In this document: piece after piece, positions 1-7,979 of the stretch
Layout of the letters: every line of letters starts with the position of its first letter
Numbering within the stretch: position 1 is the stretch's first letter
Virus record (IMG/VR): IMGVR_UViG_3300030708_000097
Coordinates: 1 to 27,988 of that record
Reading direction: 5' to 3' (one strand)
Source of the DNA: a virus
Taxonomy: Duplodnaviria > Caudoviricetes
DNA length: 27,988 nt
The notes under the pieces: model-generated
Database searches by the model: none
What the model was told of the DNA's origin: nothing
Seen by the model: the letters and a program-made list of their open reading frames with translations, nothing else
Translations under genes and position numbers: made by a program

Positions 1-4
1 CCCA

Positions 5-441
5 GCATCCTAAGATGCCAAGGCAAGCGAGTAGCATCCACAGTCCATACAAGTCCATCTCAAATCCCCTTATAAGTTAATTATACCCTTCACTACGTTC
101 AGGGTTAATTAACTAATAGATTTACCTTTCGTAGAAAGGTATTTGTTGAAGACTAAAGTCTTCATCATCGACTGTCAAGCCCTTCATCAAGGGCTAGTCG
201 ATTTTCATCGGCAGTGACATAAATGTCACACCAAGCAGATTGTCGATAACCCATTGATTTATAAGTTATTTATCACTCTCTGCTTTCAAAGAAAGCTAAG
301 TAGAGAGTAATAAATAAACACTTGATCTATGATCAAAATGTCACAGTCAAGCTAAATCTTACAGATTTATAGAGAACTTTGTAGTTTTTTCCGTAGGAAA
401 AGCATTCTTTTTTGACAGTCTGACAAAGTCAAAGACTTTGT
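5..441. repeat. Array of about 11 short inverted repeats (hairpins) in non-coding DNA
   Basis: Stems read directly at 5-18, 75-114, 123-141, 147-164, 167-202, 214-229, 266-317, 322-336, 353-369, 387-401 and 423-441. Examples: TACCTTTC-gta-GAAAGGTA and ACAAAGTC-aaa-GACTTTGT. Confidence 0.9.
150..178 (-). promoter_or_regulatory. Possible leftward sigma70-type promoter
   Basis: Minus strand TTGACA (178-173), 17-nt spacer, TAGTCT (155-150). Confidence 0.4.
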
Positions 442-576
442 AGCATACCCCGCCCGCAAAAACGCATGCATGCATATATATATAAAACAGACCCCTTGAA
501 AATTTACAAAAAATACCAAGGTAACTCATCAGGGATACTGTTGCATTAATATCACACCTATAAATTTTTTTTAATC

Positions 577-612
577 GGGGGCTTGCGTAGTATTTAAAAA
601 TAGTGTATAATA
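577..612 (+). promoter_or_regulatory. Sigma70-type promoter upstream of terL (copy 1 of a repeated promoter)
   Basis: TTGCGT (583-588), 17 nt, TATAAT (606-611). The same architecture recurs at 2282 and 5785. Confidence 0.8.
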
Positions 613-701
613 GTCTATACAGATTACAGAGAAACAGAACAAACATATTTTAAATAATAACTTTAATAATTAATTTTAATAACAATAACAAAAGGTTAAA
701 T

Positions 702-2267
702 ATGAGTTTAGAAGAAGGTATGGAAGAATCTATAGAGAACTCTATAGATACACTAGCAACACTAAGTACATTTCTAGATGATCTTGTGTTACAAAAAAGT
801 AAGATGGACTTTATTTCCTTTGTTCGTCTTGTTGCCCCTACAATTGTGTCTGATTGGAAGATGGGGAGACATATTAAAATTTTATCTGACAAACTTCAAA
901 AGGTTCAGGATGGTGAGATCAAAAGGTTAATGGTCTTTTTGCCACCTCGTAGTAGCAAGTCAGTCATTTGTTCTAAGATATTTCCAGCATGGTATATAGG
1001 TAATAATCCTCAACATGAGATACTGACGATATCTCATAGTGATCAACTTGCTTCAGACTTTGGTAGGTCTGTAAGAGATATTGTAAATACAGAACAGTTC
1101 CAAAATATTTTTCCCGGTGTTACATTACGGAGTGATGTACGGGCTGCAGGTAAATGGAAAACAAATCTTAATGGTACATACTATGCTGCTGGTGTTCGAT
1201 CACAGATTGCAGGACGAGGAGCGCATATAGCAATCTTGGATGATGCTATGTCGGAAGAGGACAGCTTTTCAGAAGCTGGTCGTAGATATATTAAGGAATG
1301 GTATCCTGCTGGTTTGCGTACTCGTATTATGCCCGGTGGTTCTATAGTGATTATTAACACAAGATACCATCATGATGATTTATGTGGGTGGTTGTTGAAG
1401 CAGGAAGAAGTAATGGATATGGATAGCACCTATCCTTGGGAAGTTGTAAAGATACCTGCTTGGGTTGACGAAGAATCTTCAGAGTTACTTGATTTACCTG
1501 TAGGTAGTTCTTACTTTCCTGAATGGAAGCCTGACGAAGTATTACGAGTAGATGAAGAAGAGATTATTGCAAGCAATGGTTCAAGGTATTGGGAGTCATT
1601 GTATATGCAGAATCCTACACCAGAAGAAGGTGGGATTATAAAAAAGAGGTGGGTTGAACGATGGGATTATGATGACCCGCCATCCTGTGACTTTATTATT
1701 CAAACATTTGATACAGCCTTTTCCACAAAGACAACCGCTGACTTCACAGTTATTCAGACATGGGGAATATTTGACATGCCTGAAGAAGACTATGAAGGAC
1801 GGGAGCTTTGGGGAAGTAATCTTATTTTATTAGGAAGTACAAGAGGTAAGTTTGAATATCCTGATTTGAGAAGGATATCACAGGAACTATATAATGAATA
1901 CAGACCTGATGTTTGTATTATTGAAAAGAAAGCAAGTGGTCAATCTCTGATACAGGATTTAAGACGTAGTGGTTTGCCTGTAATGGAGTACACACCAGAT
2001 AAGGACAAAGTGTCTAGAGTGTATGCAGCTAGTCCTATGCTGGAGTCTGGACGAGTTTGGTTGCCATCTAATAAACGATGGGCAGACGAATTGATGGAGG
2101 AACTTATAACATTTCCGCATGGTCGTCATGATGACCAAGTAGATGCTCTTGTTATGGCTGTGCATTACATGAAGGAGTCATGGCGGCTAGGACATCCTGA
2201 TGATCCAAACTGGGAAGACGATGTAAATCCCCGGCGTCAAAAAAGAGTTGGTTACTGGAGAACCTAG
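702..2267 (+). CDS. terL: Terminase large subunit
   Basis: Walker A-like PPRSSKS, Walker B ILDD, coupling motif INTR, RNase H-like nuclease motifs FDTAFS and HDDQVDA. Lies directly upstream of the portal operon. Confidence 0.96.
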   Translation: MSLEEGMEESIENSIDTLATLSTFLDDLVLQKSKMDFISFVRLVAPTIVSDWKMGRHIKILSDKLQKVQDGEIKRLMVFLPPRSSKSVICSKIFPAWYIGNNPQHEILTISHSDQLASDFGRSVRDIVNTEQFQNIFPGVTLRSDVRAAGKWKTNLNGTYYAAGVRSQIAGRGAHIAILDDAMSEEDSFSEAGRRYIKEWYPAGLRTRIMPGGSIVIINTRYHHDDLCGWLLKQEEVMDMDSTYPWEVVKIPAWVDEESSELLDLPVGSSYFPEWKPDEVLRVDEEEIIASNGSRYWESLYMQNPTPEEGGIIKKRWVERWDYDDPPSCDFIIQTFDTAFSTKTTADFTVIQTWGIFDMPEEDYEGRELWGSNLILLGSTRGKFEYPDLRRISQELYNEYRPDVCIIEKKASGQSLIQDLRRSGLPVMEYTPDKDKVSRVYAASPMLESGRVWLPSNKRWADELMEELITFPHGRHDDQVDALVMAVHYMKESWRLGHPDDPNWEDDVNPRRQKRVGYWRT

Positions 2268-2281
2268 TTTTTTTAAATAAA

Positions 2282-2314
2282 GGGTTGCGCTTTAAAGTTT
2301 TTAGTGGTATAATA
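2282..2314 (+). promoter_or_regulatory. Sigma70-type promoter upstream of the portal operon (copy 2)
   Basis: TTGCGC (2285-2290), 17 nt, TATAAT (2308-2313), with TGn extended -10. Confidence 0.8.
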
Positions 2315-2319
2315 GTGTC

Positions 2320-2508
2320 ATGTTTCAATTTGAAAAAAATATTAATTATTCTTTAATCCGACCCAAATATGAAGATTATCGTTGTAAAAAGAAAGACTGC
2401 ACTTGTTCAATATCTGAAATGTGTACAGGTAGATGGAATAAATATGCAAAAGATTTATCACAACATATCTATTTAAAGTTTAAGGATACTTATAAAAATG
2501 GCGACTGA
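2320..2508 (+). CDS. Small Cys-rich hypothetical protein (62 aa), probably leaderless
   Basis: Fills the gap between the promoter and the portal gene, overlapping the portal start by 11 nt. Contains C-x4-C-x-C-x5-C. No Shine-Dalgarno, and the ATG is at the expected +1. Confidence 0.6.
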   Translation: MFQFEKNINYSLIRPKYEDYRCKKKDCTCSISEMCTGRWNKYAKDLSQHIYLKFKDTYKNGD

Positions 2509-5056
2509 AAGAAATCCATACGATAAAATACCATCTGCTGAAGTTATTCAGATACCAGATCAGGGAGCTAATATTGAAATTGGCGAAACAGTATCCTTTG
2601 ATATTGAAGAGGATGGTGGTGTTGTTGTTAGTTTTGAAAATGAATTTGAATACGAAGAAAAGACAGATATTAAAGAATGGTTTGAAAATCTTGCAGAAGA
2701 CATGGAAGATTTTGACTTAGTAAGAATAGCTGAAGGTGTATATGATAGATATGATGCTGATTTAAATTCAAGATCAGAATGGGAGTCAATGTTTGAAAGA
2801 GGCTTTGATCTTCTTGGATTAAAGCTTGAAGATACATCAGAACCATTTGAGGGTGCCTGTACTGCTGTGCATCCCTTGTTGGTAGAGTCTGCCGTTAAGT
2901 TTCAGTCAAAAGCTATTTCTGAATTGTTCCCACCTGCAGGACCAGTTAAGTCTCAAGTTCTAGGAACCAGTAACTTTCAAAAAGATCAGCAGGCTCAAAG
3001 AGTTCAAGAGTTTATGAACTATCAGCTTACAGAGCAGATGCCTGAATACTTTGATGAGTTTGAAAGGATGTTGTTCCATCTGCCGTTGATTGGGTCTGCA
3101 TTTAAAAAAGTTTATTATGATGCATCACTTGAAAGACCTGTAGCAGAGTTTGTTCCTATTGATCAATTCTATGTATCATACTATGCTAGTGATCTAAGAA
3201 AAGCAGATAGATACACCCATATTATTTATAGAAGTCCGCATGATCTAATGCGAGAGATTCGTTCTGGAATGTATTTGGATATTGATCTTCCAGATGCATA
3301 TGTCCCAAGTCCTACACCCATATCATCTAAGATTGATACTGTTATGGGAATGTCCCAAACAGGTGAAGATGATCCACAATATGTTTTGCTTGAACAACAT
3401 TGTTATTTAGAACTTGAGTCTGATCCAGAATATTCTGAAGGTGTTGCTCTTCCTTATATTGTTACTGTTGAAGAGCAGTCTCGTCAGATACTAAGTATTC
3501 GTAGAAACTATCGACCTGATGATCCTACAAGAGAAAAGATTATGCATTTTGTGCATTATCGCTTTGTACCGGGTTTTGGTTTCTATGGGTTAGGGCTGAT
3601 CCATTTCCTTGGCAATCTTACACTGACTGCAACTGCAGCTATGAGAGCCTTGGTTGATGCGGGTCAGTTCTCGAACTTACCGGGAGGATTTAAAGCAAAG
3701 GGTGTGAGGATTGTTGGTGATAACGATCCAATTGCACCAGGTGAGTTCAAAGAAGTTGAAGCAACTGGTATGGACCTTTCTAAGTCTATTGTTCCTTTGC
3801 CATATAAGGAGCCTTCCTCGACCCTGTACCAGATGCTAAACTTTGTTACAGCCACAGGACAGAAGTTTGCTGATAGCACCGAACAGGTTGTATCAGATGC
3901 TTCTTCATATGGGCCTGTGGGTACAACGATGGCTCTTCTTGAAGCGTCTAGTAAGTTCTTTAGTGCAATCCACAAAAGACTTCATAAGTCTCAGAAAGAT
4001 GAGTTTAAGATACTAGCAAAAATAAACTACGACTATTTGCCAAATGAATATCCTTTTGATGTACCGGGCATGTCCCAGAAAATTCTCAAAAGAGATTTTG
4101 ATGGTAGAATAGATGTTATTCCTGTTAGTGATCCAAACATCCCGTCAAATGCTCACCGGATGATGTTGGCTCAGATGGCACTACAATTAGCCCAGCAATC
4201 TCCTCCCGGTATGTTCAACCTAGAAGCACTAAACAGAACAATTCTTGATGCGGCAAATATGCCAAATCTAGATGAAATATTACCTCCTAAGAAAGAACCT
4301 CGACCGCTTGATCCACTATCTGATATTGCGGCAGCTACAAGAGGACTTCCTATTGCAGCTTTCCCCGGTCAAAATCATGATGCTCATGTTCAAGTAAAGA
4401 TGGCTTTCCTGCAAGACCCAATGAATGGAAAGAATCCAGCAATGCAACGAGTTGTGCCTGTGTTACAATCAAATATTCAAGAACATATTATTATGAAGTA
4501 TCAAGAGCAAGTAACTGGAGTTGCACAGAATATTGTGGGTAACTTGCCGCCAGAGCAACAACAAATGCCTAATATTATGGAAGTAGCTATGGCTCAAGCG
4601 GCATCTCAAGTTCAAAATGCTAATCAAGCTATGGGTCAGCAACAAAGTCCTGAAGCGCAAATGGTTGATCTTGAAAAAGCAAGATTACAAATTGAGCAGC
4701 AAAAACTTCAACTTGATACTATGAAGAATGCTTCAGATGCTTCTCTTAAAAATAGAGAACTTGATATTGAAGAAACAGAAGTTGCACTTAAAGCAATCCA
4801 AGATGGACAGCAACAGTTAATTAAATCTGAAGAAAAAGAAAAAGATAGAATTAATAAGCAAACTATGAAAGCTGTAGATACTCTTGTGGATGCTGCAACT
4901 GAAGAAGCTCGACTACAAAATGCTCAACAATTAAAAGCTATGGACCTTCTTGGTAAACTAACACAGATATCAGAAGGACGAGAGTCTACAGAAAATATAG
5001 AAGGATTAAGAGCTTTAATGAAAGTTATTGAAACTGCTATAAGTAAAGGAGAGTAA
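2498..5056 (+). CDS. Portal protein with long C-terminal Gln-rich/coiled-coil extension
   Basis: 852 aa after terL. Motifs typical of podovirus P22-like portals (HPLLVESAVKFQ, LPLIGSAFKKVYYD, GFYGLGLIH, LVDAGQFSNLPGGFK). Helical C-terminal third. Confidence 0.92.
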   Translation: MATERNPYDKIPSAEVIQIPDQGANIEIGETVSFDIEEDGGVVVSFENEFEYEEKTDIKEWFENLAEDMEDFDLVRIAEGVYDRYDADLNSRSEWESMFERGFDLLGLKLEDTSEPFEGACTAVHPLLVESAVKFQSKAISELFPPAGPVKSQVLGTSNFQKDQQAQRVQEFMNYQLTEQMPEYFDEFERMLFHLPLIGSAFKKVYYDASLERPVAEFVPIDQFYVSYYASDLRKADRYTHIIYRSPHDLMREIRSGMYLDIDLPDAYVPSPTPISSKIDTVMGMSQTGEDDPQYVLLEQHCYLELESDPEYSEGVALPYIVTVEEQSRQILSIRRNYRPDDPTREKIMHFVHYRFVPGFGFYGLGLIHFLGNLTLTATAAMRALVDAGQFSNLPGGFKAKGVRIVGDNDPIAPGEFKEVEATGMDLSKSIVPLPYKEPSSTLYQMLNFVTATGQKFADSTEQVVSDASSYGPVGTTMALLEASSKFFSAIHKRLHKSQKDEFKILAKINYDYLPNEYPFDVPGMSQKILKRDFDGRIDVIPVSDPNIPSNAHRMMLAQMALQLAQQSPPGMFNLEALNRTILDAANMPNLDEILPPKKEPRPLDPLSDIAAATRGLPIAAFPGQNHDAHVQVKMAFLQDPMNGKNPAMQRVVPVLQSNIQEHIIMKYQEQVTGVAQNIVGNLPPEQQQMPNIMEVAMAQAASQVQNANQAMGQQQSPEAQMVDLEKARLQIEQQKLQLDTMKNASDASLKNRELDIEETEVALKAIQDGQQQLIKSEEKEKDRINKQTMKAVDTLVDAATEEARLQNAQQLKAMDLLGKLTQISEGRESTENIEGLRALMKVIETAISKGE

Positions 5057-5057
5057 T

Positions 5058-5165
5058 ATGAAAGAAAAAATAAAAGCTATGTTTGAAAAATGTAAATGTA
5101 ACTTTTGTGTTAAAGTTATTGGTGCTGCAATTATTGGTATTATAGTAGGGGCTGTAATTTTCTAA
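5058..5165 (+). CDS. 35-aa membrane microprotein (not in ORF track)
   Basis: MKEKIKAMFEKCKCNFCVKVIGAAIIGIIVGAVIF. AAGGAG SD upstream, TAATG overlap with the next gene, hydrophobic C-terminal helix. Confidence 0.75.
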   Translation: MKEKIKAMFEKCKCNFCVKVIGAAIIGIIVGAVIF

Positions 5166-5359
5166 TGAATTTATGGGACGAAATTGTAGTATCTTTAAAT
5201 GAACAGATGGATCATATAAAGACAAACCTAGCAGAAAATGGAGTTAGTGATTACGCAAGTTATAGGGAATTGGTAGGGTTTTATCAAGGGTTAGCATGGG
5301 CCAGAAATGATTTAACCAACATTATAAAAACAAGATATCATGATGAAGAAGGAGAATAA
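5165..5359 (+). CDS. Hypothetical protein (64 aa) between portal and GroES
   Basis: Coupled start (TAATG), helical composition, and the stop is 2 nt before the next ATG. Confidence 0.8.
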   Translation: MNLWDEIVVSLNEQMDHIKTNLAENGVSDYASYRELVGFYQGLAWARNDLTNIIKTRYHDEEGE

Positions 5360-5361
5360 CC

Positions 5362-5784
5362 ATGCAACAAGCTGCTTTGAATAAAGCAATTAAAAATGAT
5401 CAATGGATTAGCGGAGATGAAGAAGATGTAGCTGATCCCTCACCTCTACCAGTAATTCCGGGCTTTAATGTTTTAATTCGTCCAGTATCTATTAAATCAA
5501 AAACAAAAGGTGGTATTCTTCTGCCCGACTCTACAGTTGACGATATGACTTATCTTACAACAGTAGGTAAAGTTTTGGCTGTGGGTGAGCTTGCCTACGA
5601 AGATAAAGAAAAGTTTTCTACAGGTGCTTGGTGTGAGCCGGGTGACTATGTGTGTTATGGTAAGCATGCTGGTGTAAAAATGATTTATAAAGGAGTAAAA
5701 CTTATTCTTTTGTATGACGATCAAATTATGCTAAAGGTAGAAAATCCAAAGGATTTAGACCCTACATTTAATTTATCTAACTAA
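5362..5784 (+). CDS. groES: Phage GroES-like co-chaperonin (Cpn10)
   Basis: PGFNVLIRP, mobile loop KTKGGILLP, GKVLAVG, GDYVCYGKHAG, LLYDDQI. GAAGGAGA SD. Confidence 0.92.
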   Translation: MQQAALNKAIKNDQWISGDEEDVADPSPLPVIPGFNVLIRPVSIKSKTKGGILLPDSTVDDMTYLTTVGKVLAVGELAYEDKEKFSTGAWCEPGDYVCYGKHAGVKMIYKGVKLILLYDDQIMLKVENPKDLDPTFNLSN

Positions 5785-5818
5785 GGGGTTGCCTAAACGT
5801 AAAAAATAGTGTATAATA
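5785..5818 (+). promoter_or_regulatory. Sigma70-type promoter upstream of the scaffold/capsid operon (copy 3)
   Basis: TTGCCT (5789-5794), 17 nt, TATAAT (5812-5817). Shares AAAAATAGTGTATAATA with copy 1. Confidence 0.8.
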
Positions 5819-5869
5819 TAGTTATTCGTAAAACGTCTGTGTCGAATCAGCCGAAAGGAAAGAAAGTAA

Positions 5870-6841
5870 ATGGAAGAGAATAATGACGAGTGGGGTGACG
5901 TTACAATCCCAGAAAAGGTAGAGTATGAAATTGAAGAGGATACTCCACCTCCTGCAGAACAAGCAGAGCCTGAAGTTAAAGCAGAAGCTCCTAAGAAAGA
6001 AGAAATAAAAGAGCTTGATGGTATTGAAACAAATGGTGCACAGAAAAGAATTAGACAATTAGTAAAGCAACGTAAAGAACGAGAAGAACAAATTGAAGCT
6101 TTGCTAAGAGAAAAGCAAGAATTACAAGAAAGACTTTCAAGTCAAGAACAAAGTTTTGTTGACACTCAAAAAACAACTACGGATATGAGTGAGCAACAGT
6201 TAAATGATAAAGTTGCGTTGGCTAAGTCTGCATATTTAGATGCTTATAATTCTGGTGATGGAGAAAAAGTTCTTCAAACGCTAGAAGTTCTTCAAAGAAG
6301 TCAACTTGATTTAGATAACTTGAGTAAGCAAAAAGCTGCTCTAGATAATTATACTAAAGCAAAAGAAGAAGAAGCTAAGAAACAAGCAGATCAACCACAA
6401 CAGCAACAACCCGTCCAAAGAACTCCTGATCCTAGAGCAGAAGAATGGGCGGCAGAAAATGAATGGTTTGGTAAGGATAGTGTTATGACAGCTTCAGCCC
6501 TCGCTATTGATGCAGAGCTAAAGCAAATGGGATACGATCCTGACGAAGAAGATTTTTATACGGAAATTGATCGTAGACTACGAACTGAATTTCCACACAA
6601 GTTTACTGACCAAGAGGTGAGTGAAGATAATCGTCCGCAGCAGACGACACCTGCTGCTCAAGTGGTCGCTGGAGCTTCCCGGTCGCCAGCAACATCTAGC
6701 AAGAAGATTAAACTTTCACAAGAAGATGTTCGACTTGCAAATAAATGGAATATTCCACTTGAAGTATACGCCGCTGAAAAATTAAAAGTTGATAATTCAG
6801 ATGGTGATTATACAGACATAACATTTGGCCGAGGGAGTTAA
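5870..6841 (+). CDS. Putative capsid scaffolding protein
   Basis: Acidic disordered N-terminus, long coiled coil, and position between portal and capsid genes. Confidence 0.7.
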   Translation: MEENNDEWGDVTIPEKVEYEIEEDTPPPAEQAEPEVKAEAPKKEEIKELDGIETNGAQKRIRQLVKQRKEREEQIEALLREKQELQERLSSQEQSFVDTQKTTTDMSEQQLNDKVALAKSAYLDAYNSGDGEKVLQTLEVLQRSQLDLDNLSKQKAALDNYTKAKEEEAKKQADQPQQQQPVQRTPDPRAEEWAAENEWFGKDSVMTASALAIDAELKQMGYDPDEEDFYTEIDRRLRTEFPHKFTDQEVSEDNRPQQTTPAAQVVAGASRSPATSSKKIKLSQEDVRLANKWNIPLEVYAAEKLKVDNSDGDYTDITFGRGS

Positions 6842-6844
6842 GAC

Positions 6845-7342
6845 ATGAACACACGGAAGAGCGAGGTACGTTCAGCCAGCACAAGAGAACGGAAAACTAG
6901 AGAAGAGAACGAATGGACATATGAAGAGCCTAATGCGCTAGACATTCCAGATCAAGTCATGAATAGAATGGCAAATGAAGGAATGTCACTACGTTGGATT
7001 CGTATACATCTGAAAGGCGCAGATGACTACCAGAATGTTGGTAAGAAAATGGCAGAAGGATGGACATGGGTTACTCCAGAAGAAGTTCCAGAGATGGCAA
7101 TATCTTCAGTCGTACAGGAGAATGGGCGATATAGCGGAACAGTCTGTCGTGGGGATTTGGCGTTGGCTAAGATGCCAACAGGTAAGCTAGAAGCTCGTAA
7201 AAGGTATTATGAAAATAAGAGTCAACAGTTGATGAATGCAGTTAATGCACAACTGGAAAATGCCTCTGATTCTAGAATGCCTATTAGTAATAACAGTAGG
7301 TCCACAGTAACTAGAGGGCGAAGACCAAACTTCCAAGAATAG
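6845..7342 (+). CDS. Phage hypothetical protein of the head module (165 aa)
   Basis: GGGAG SD and tight packing. Motifs LRWIR, EGWTWV and GDLALAKMP resemble a protein commonly found just after the scaffold in such phages (recall). Function unknown. Confidence 0.75.
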   Translation: MNTRKSEVRSASTRERKTREENEWTYEEPNALDIPDQVMNRMANEGMSLRWIRIHLKGADDYQNVGKKMAEGWTWVTPEEVPEMAISSVVQENGRYSGTVCRGDLALAKMPTGKLEARKRYYENKSQQLMNAVNAQLENASDSRMPISNNSRSTVTRGRRPNFQE

Positions 7343-7381
7343 TTAGTGTGGGTCATGGGATAATCAGAAAGGAGTGACATT

Positions 7382-7963
7382 ATGTCTACTACTAAAAACC
7401 TTAGAGGTTTCCTTCCTGCCCGCAAACGTGGTTCTGGTACTAACTCCACAGGTTTCGATGAACTGCCGATTGCGTCTGGTGATGCGAGAAGCATGTTCTG
7501 CGGTGATCTAATCAAGACGAGCCTTGGGAATGTAGAACCTGTCTCTGCAGATGCCGACTTTGCTGACGGTGTTTTCATGGGGTGCCACTATGTGGAAAAT
7601 GGGGAACCCAAATATAGCAAGTATTGGCCCGCTAATACGAGTGCTACTGACATTAAAGCTTTTGTTGATACGAGTCCGTCGTCCACCTATTTCATTCAAG
7701 CAGACGCTTCTTGTTCTGCAGGTGATATTAATACGGTGAACTTCGGTCTTACTCTTGGAACGGGTAGCACCTTTACCGGACAATCTGGTTTTGGTGTTAA
7801 AGCGGCAACAAGAAATACCACTATTCTTCCTGTAAGAGCTATTGGTGTTCTTGATGAGCCGGGCAATGATATTACCATTGCTGCGGAAAGAGCCTTCCCG
7901 GTTCTGGAAGTTCGTATCGTTAAGCATGTGGACGCTAAGTTGTCCGCACCATCAGGCATTTAA
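7382..7963 (+). CDS. Putative capsid decoration/minor head protein
   Basis: AAGGAG SD. Gly/Ala/Thr-rich beta-type sequence immediately upstream of the major capsid gene. Confidence 0.6.
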   Translation: MSTTKNLRGFLPARKRGSGTNSTGFDELPIASGDARSMFCGDLIKTSLGNVEPVSADADFADGVFMGCHYVENGEPKYSKYWPANTSATDIKAFVDTSPSSTYFIQADASCSAGDINTVNFGLTLGTGSTFTGQSGFGVKAATRNTTILPVRAIGVLDEPGNDITIAAERAFPVLEVRIVKHVDAKLSAPSGI

Positions 7964-7979
7964 TAGGGGAGTTTGAATC

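Noticed and set aside
5-441. Hairpin array as CRISPR array, tRNAs or integron attC sites
   Set aside because: Stems do not share a repeated sequence, there is no regular spacer period, no cloverleaf or T-loop consensus, and no cassettes between them.
359-892. Minus-strand ORFs 359-646 and 650-892
   Set aside because: They overlap the hairpin/promoter region or terL, have no SD, and their composition reflects AT-rich non-coding or antisense sequence.
5495-5525. KTKGGI in GroES as another KxGG tag
   Set aside because: This is the standard GroES mobile-loop sequence.
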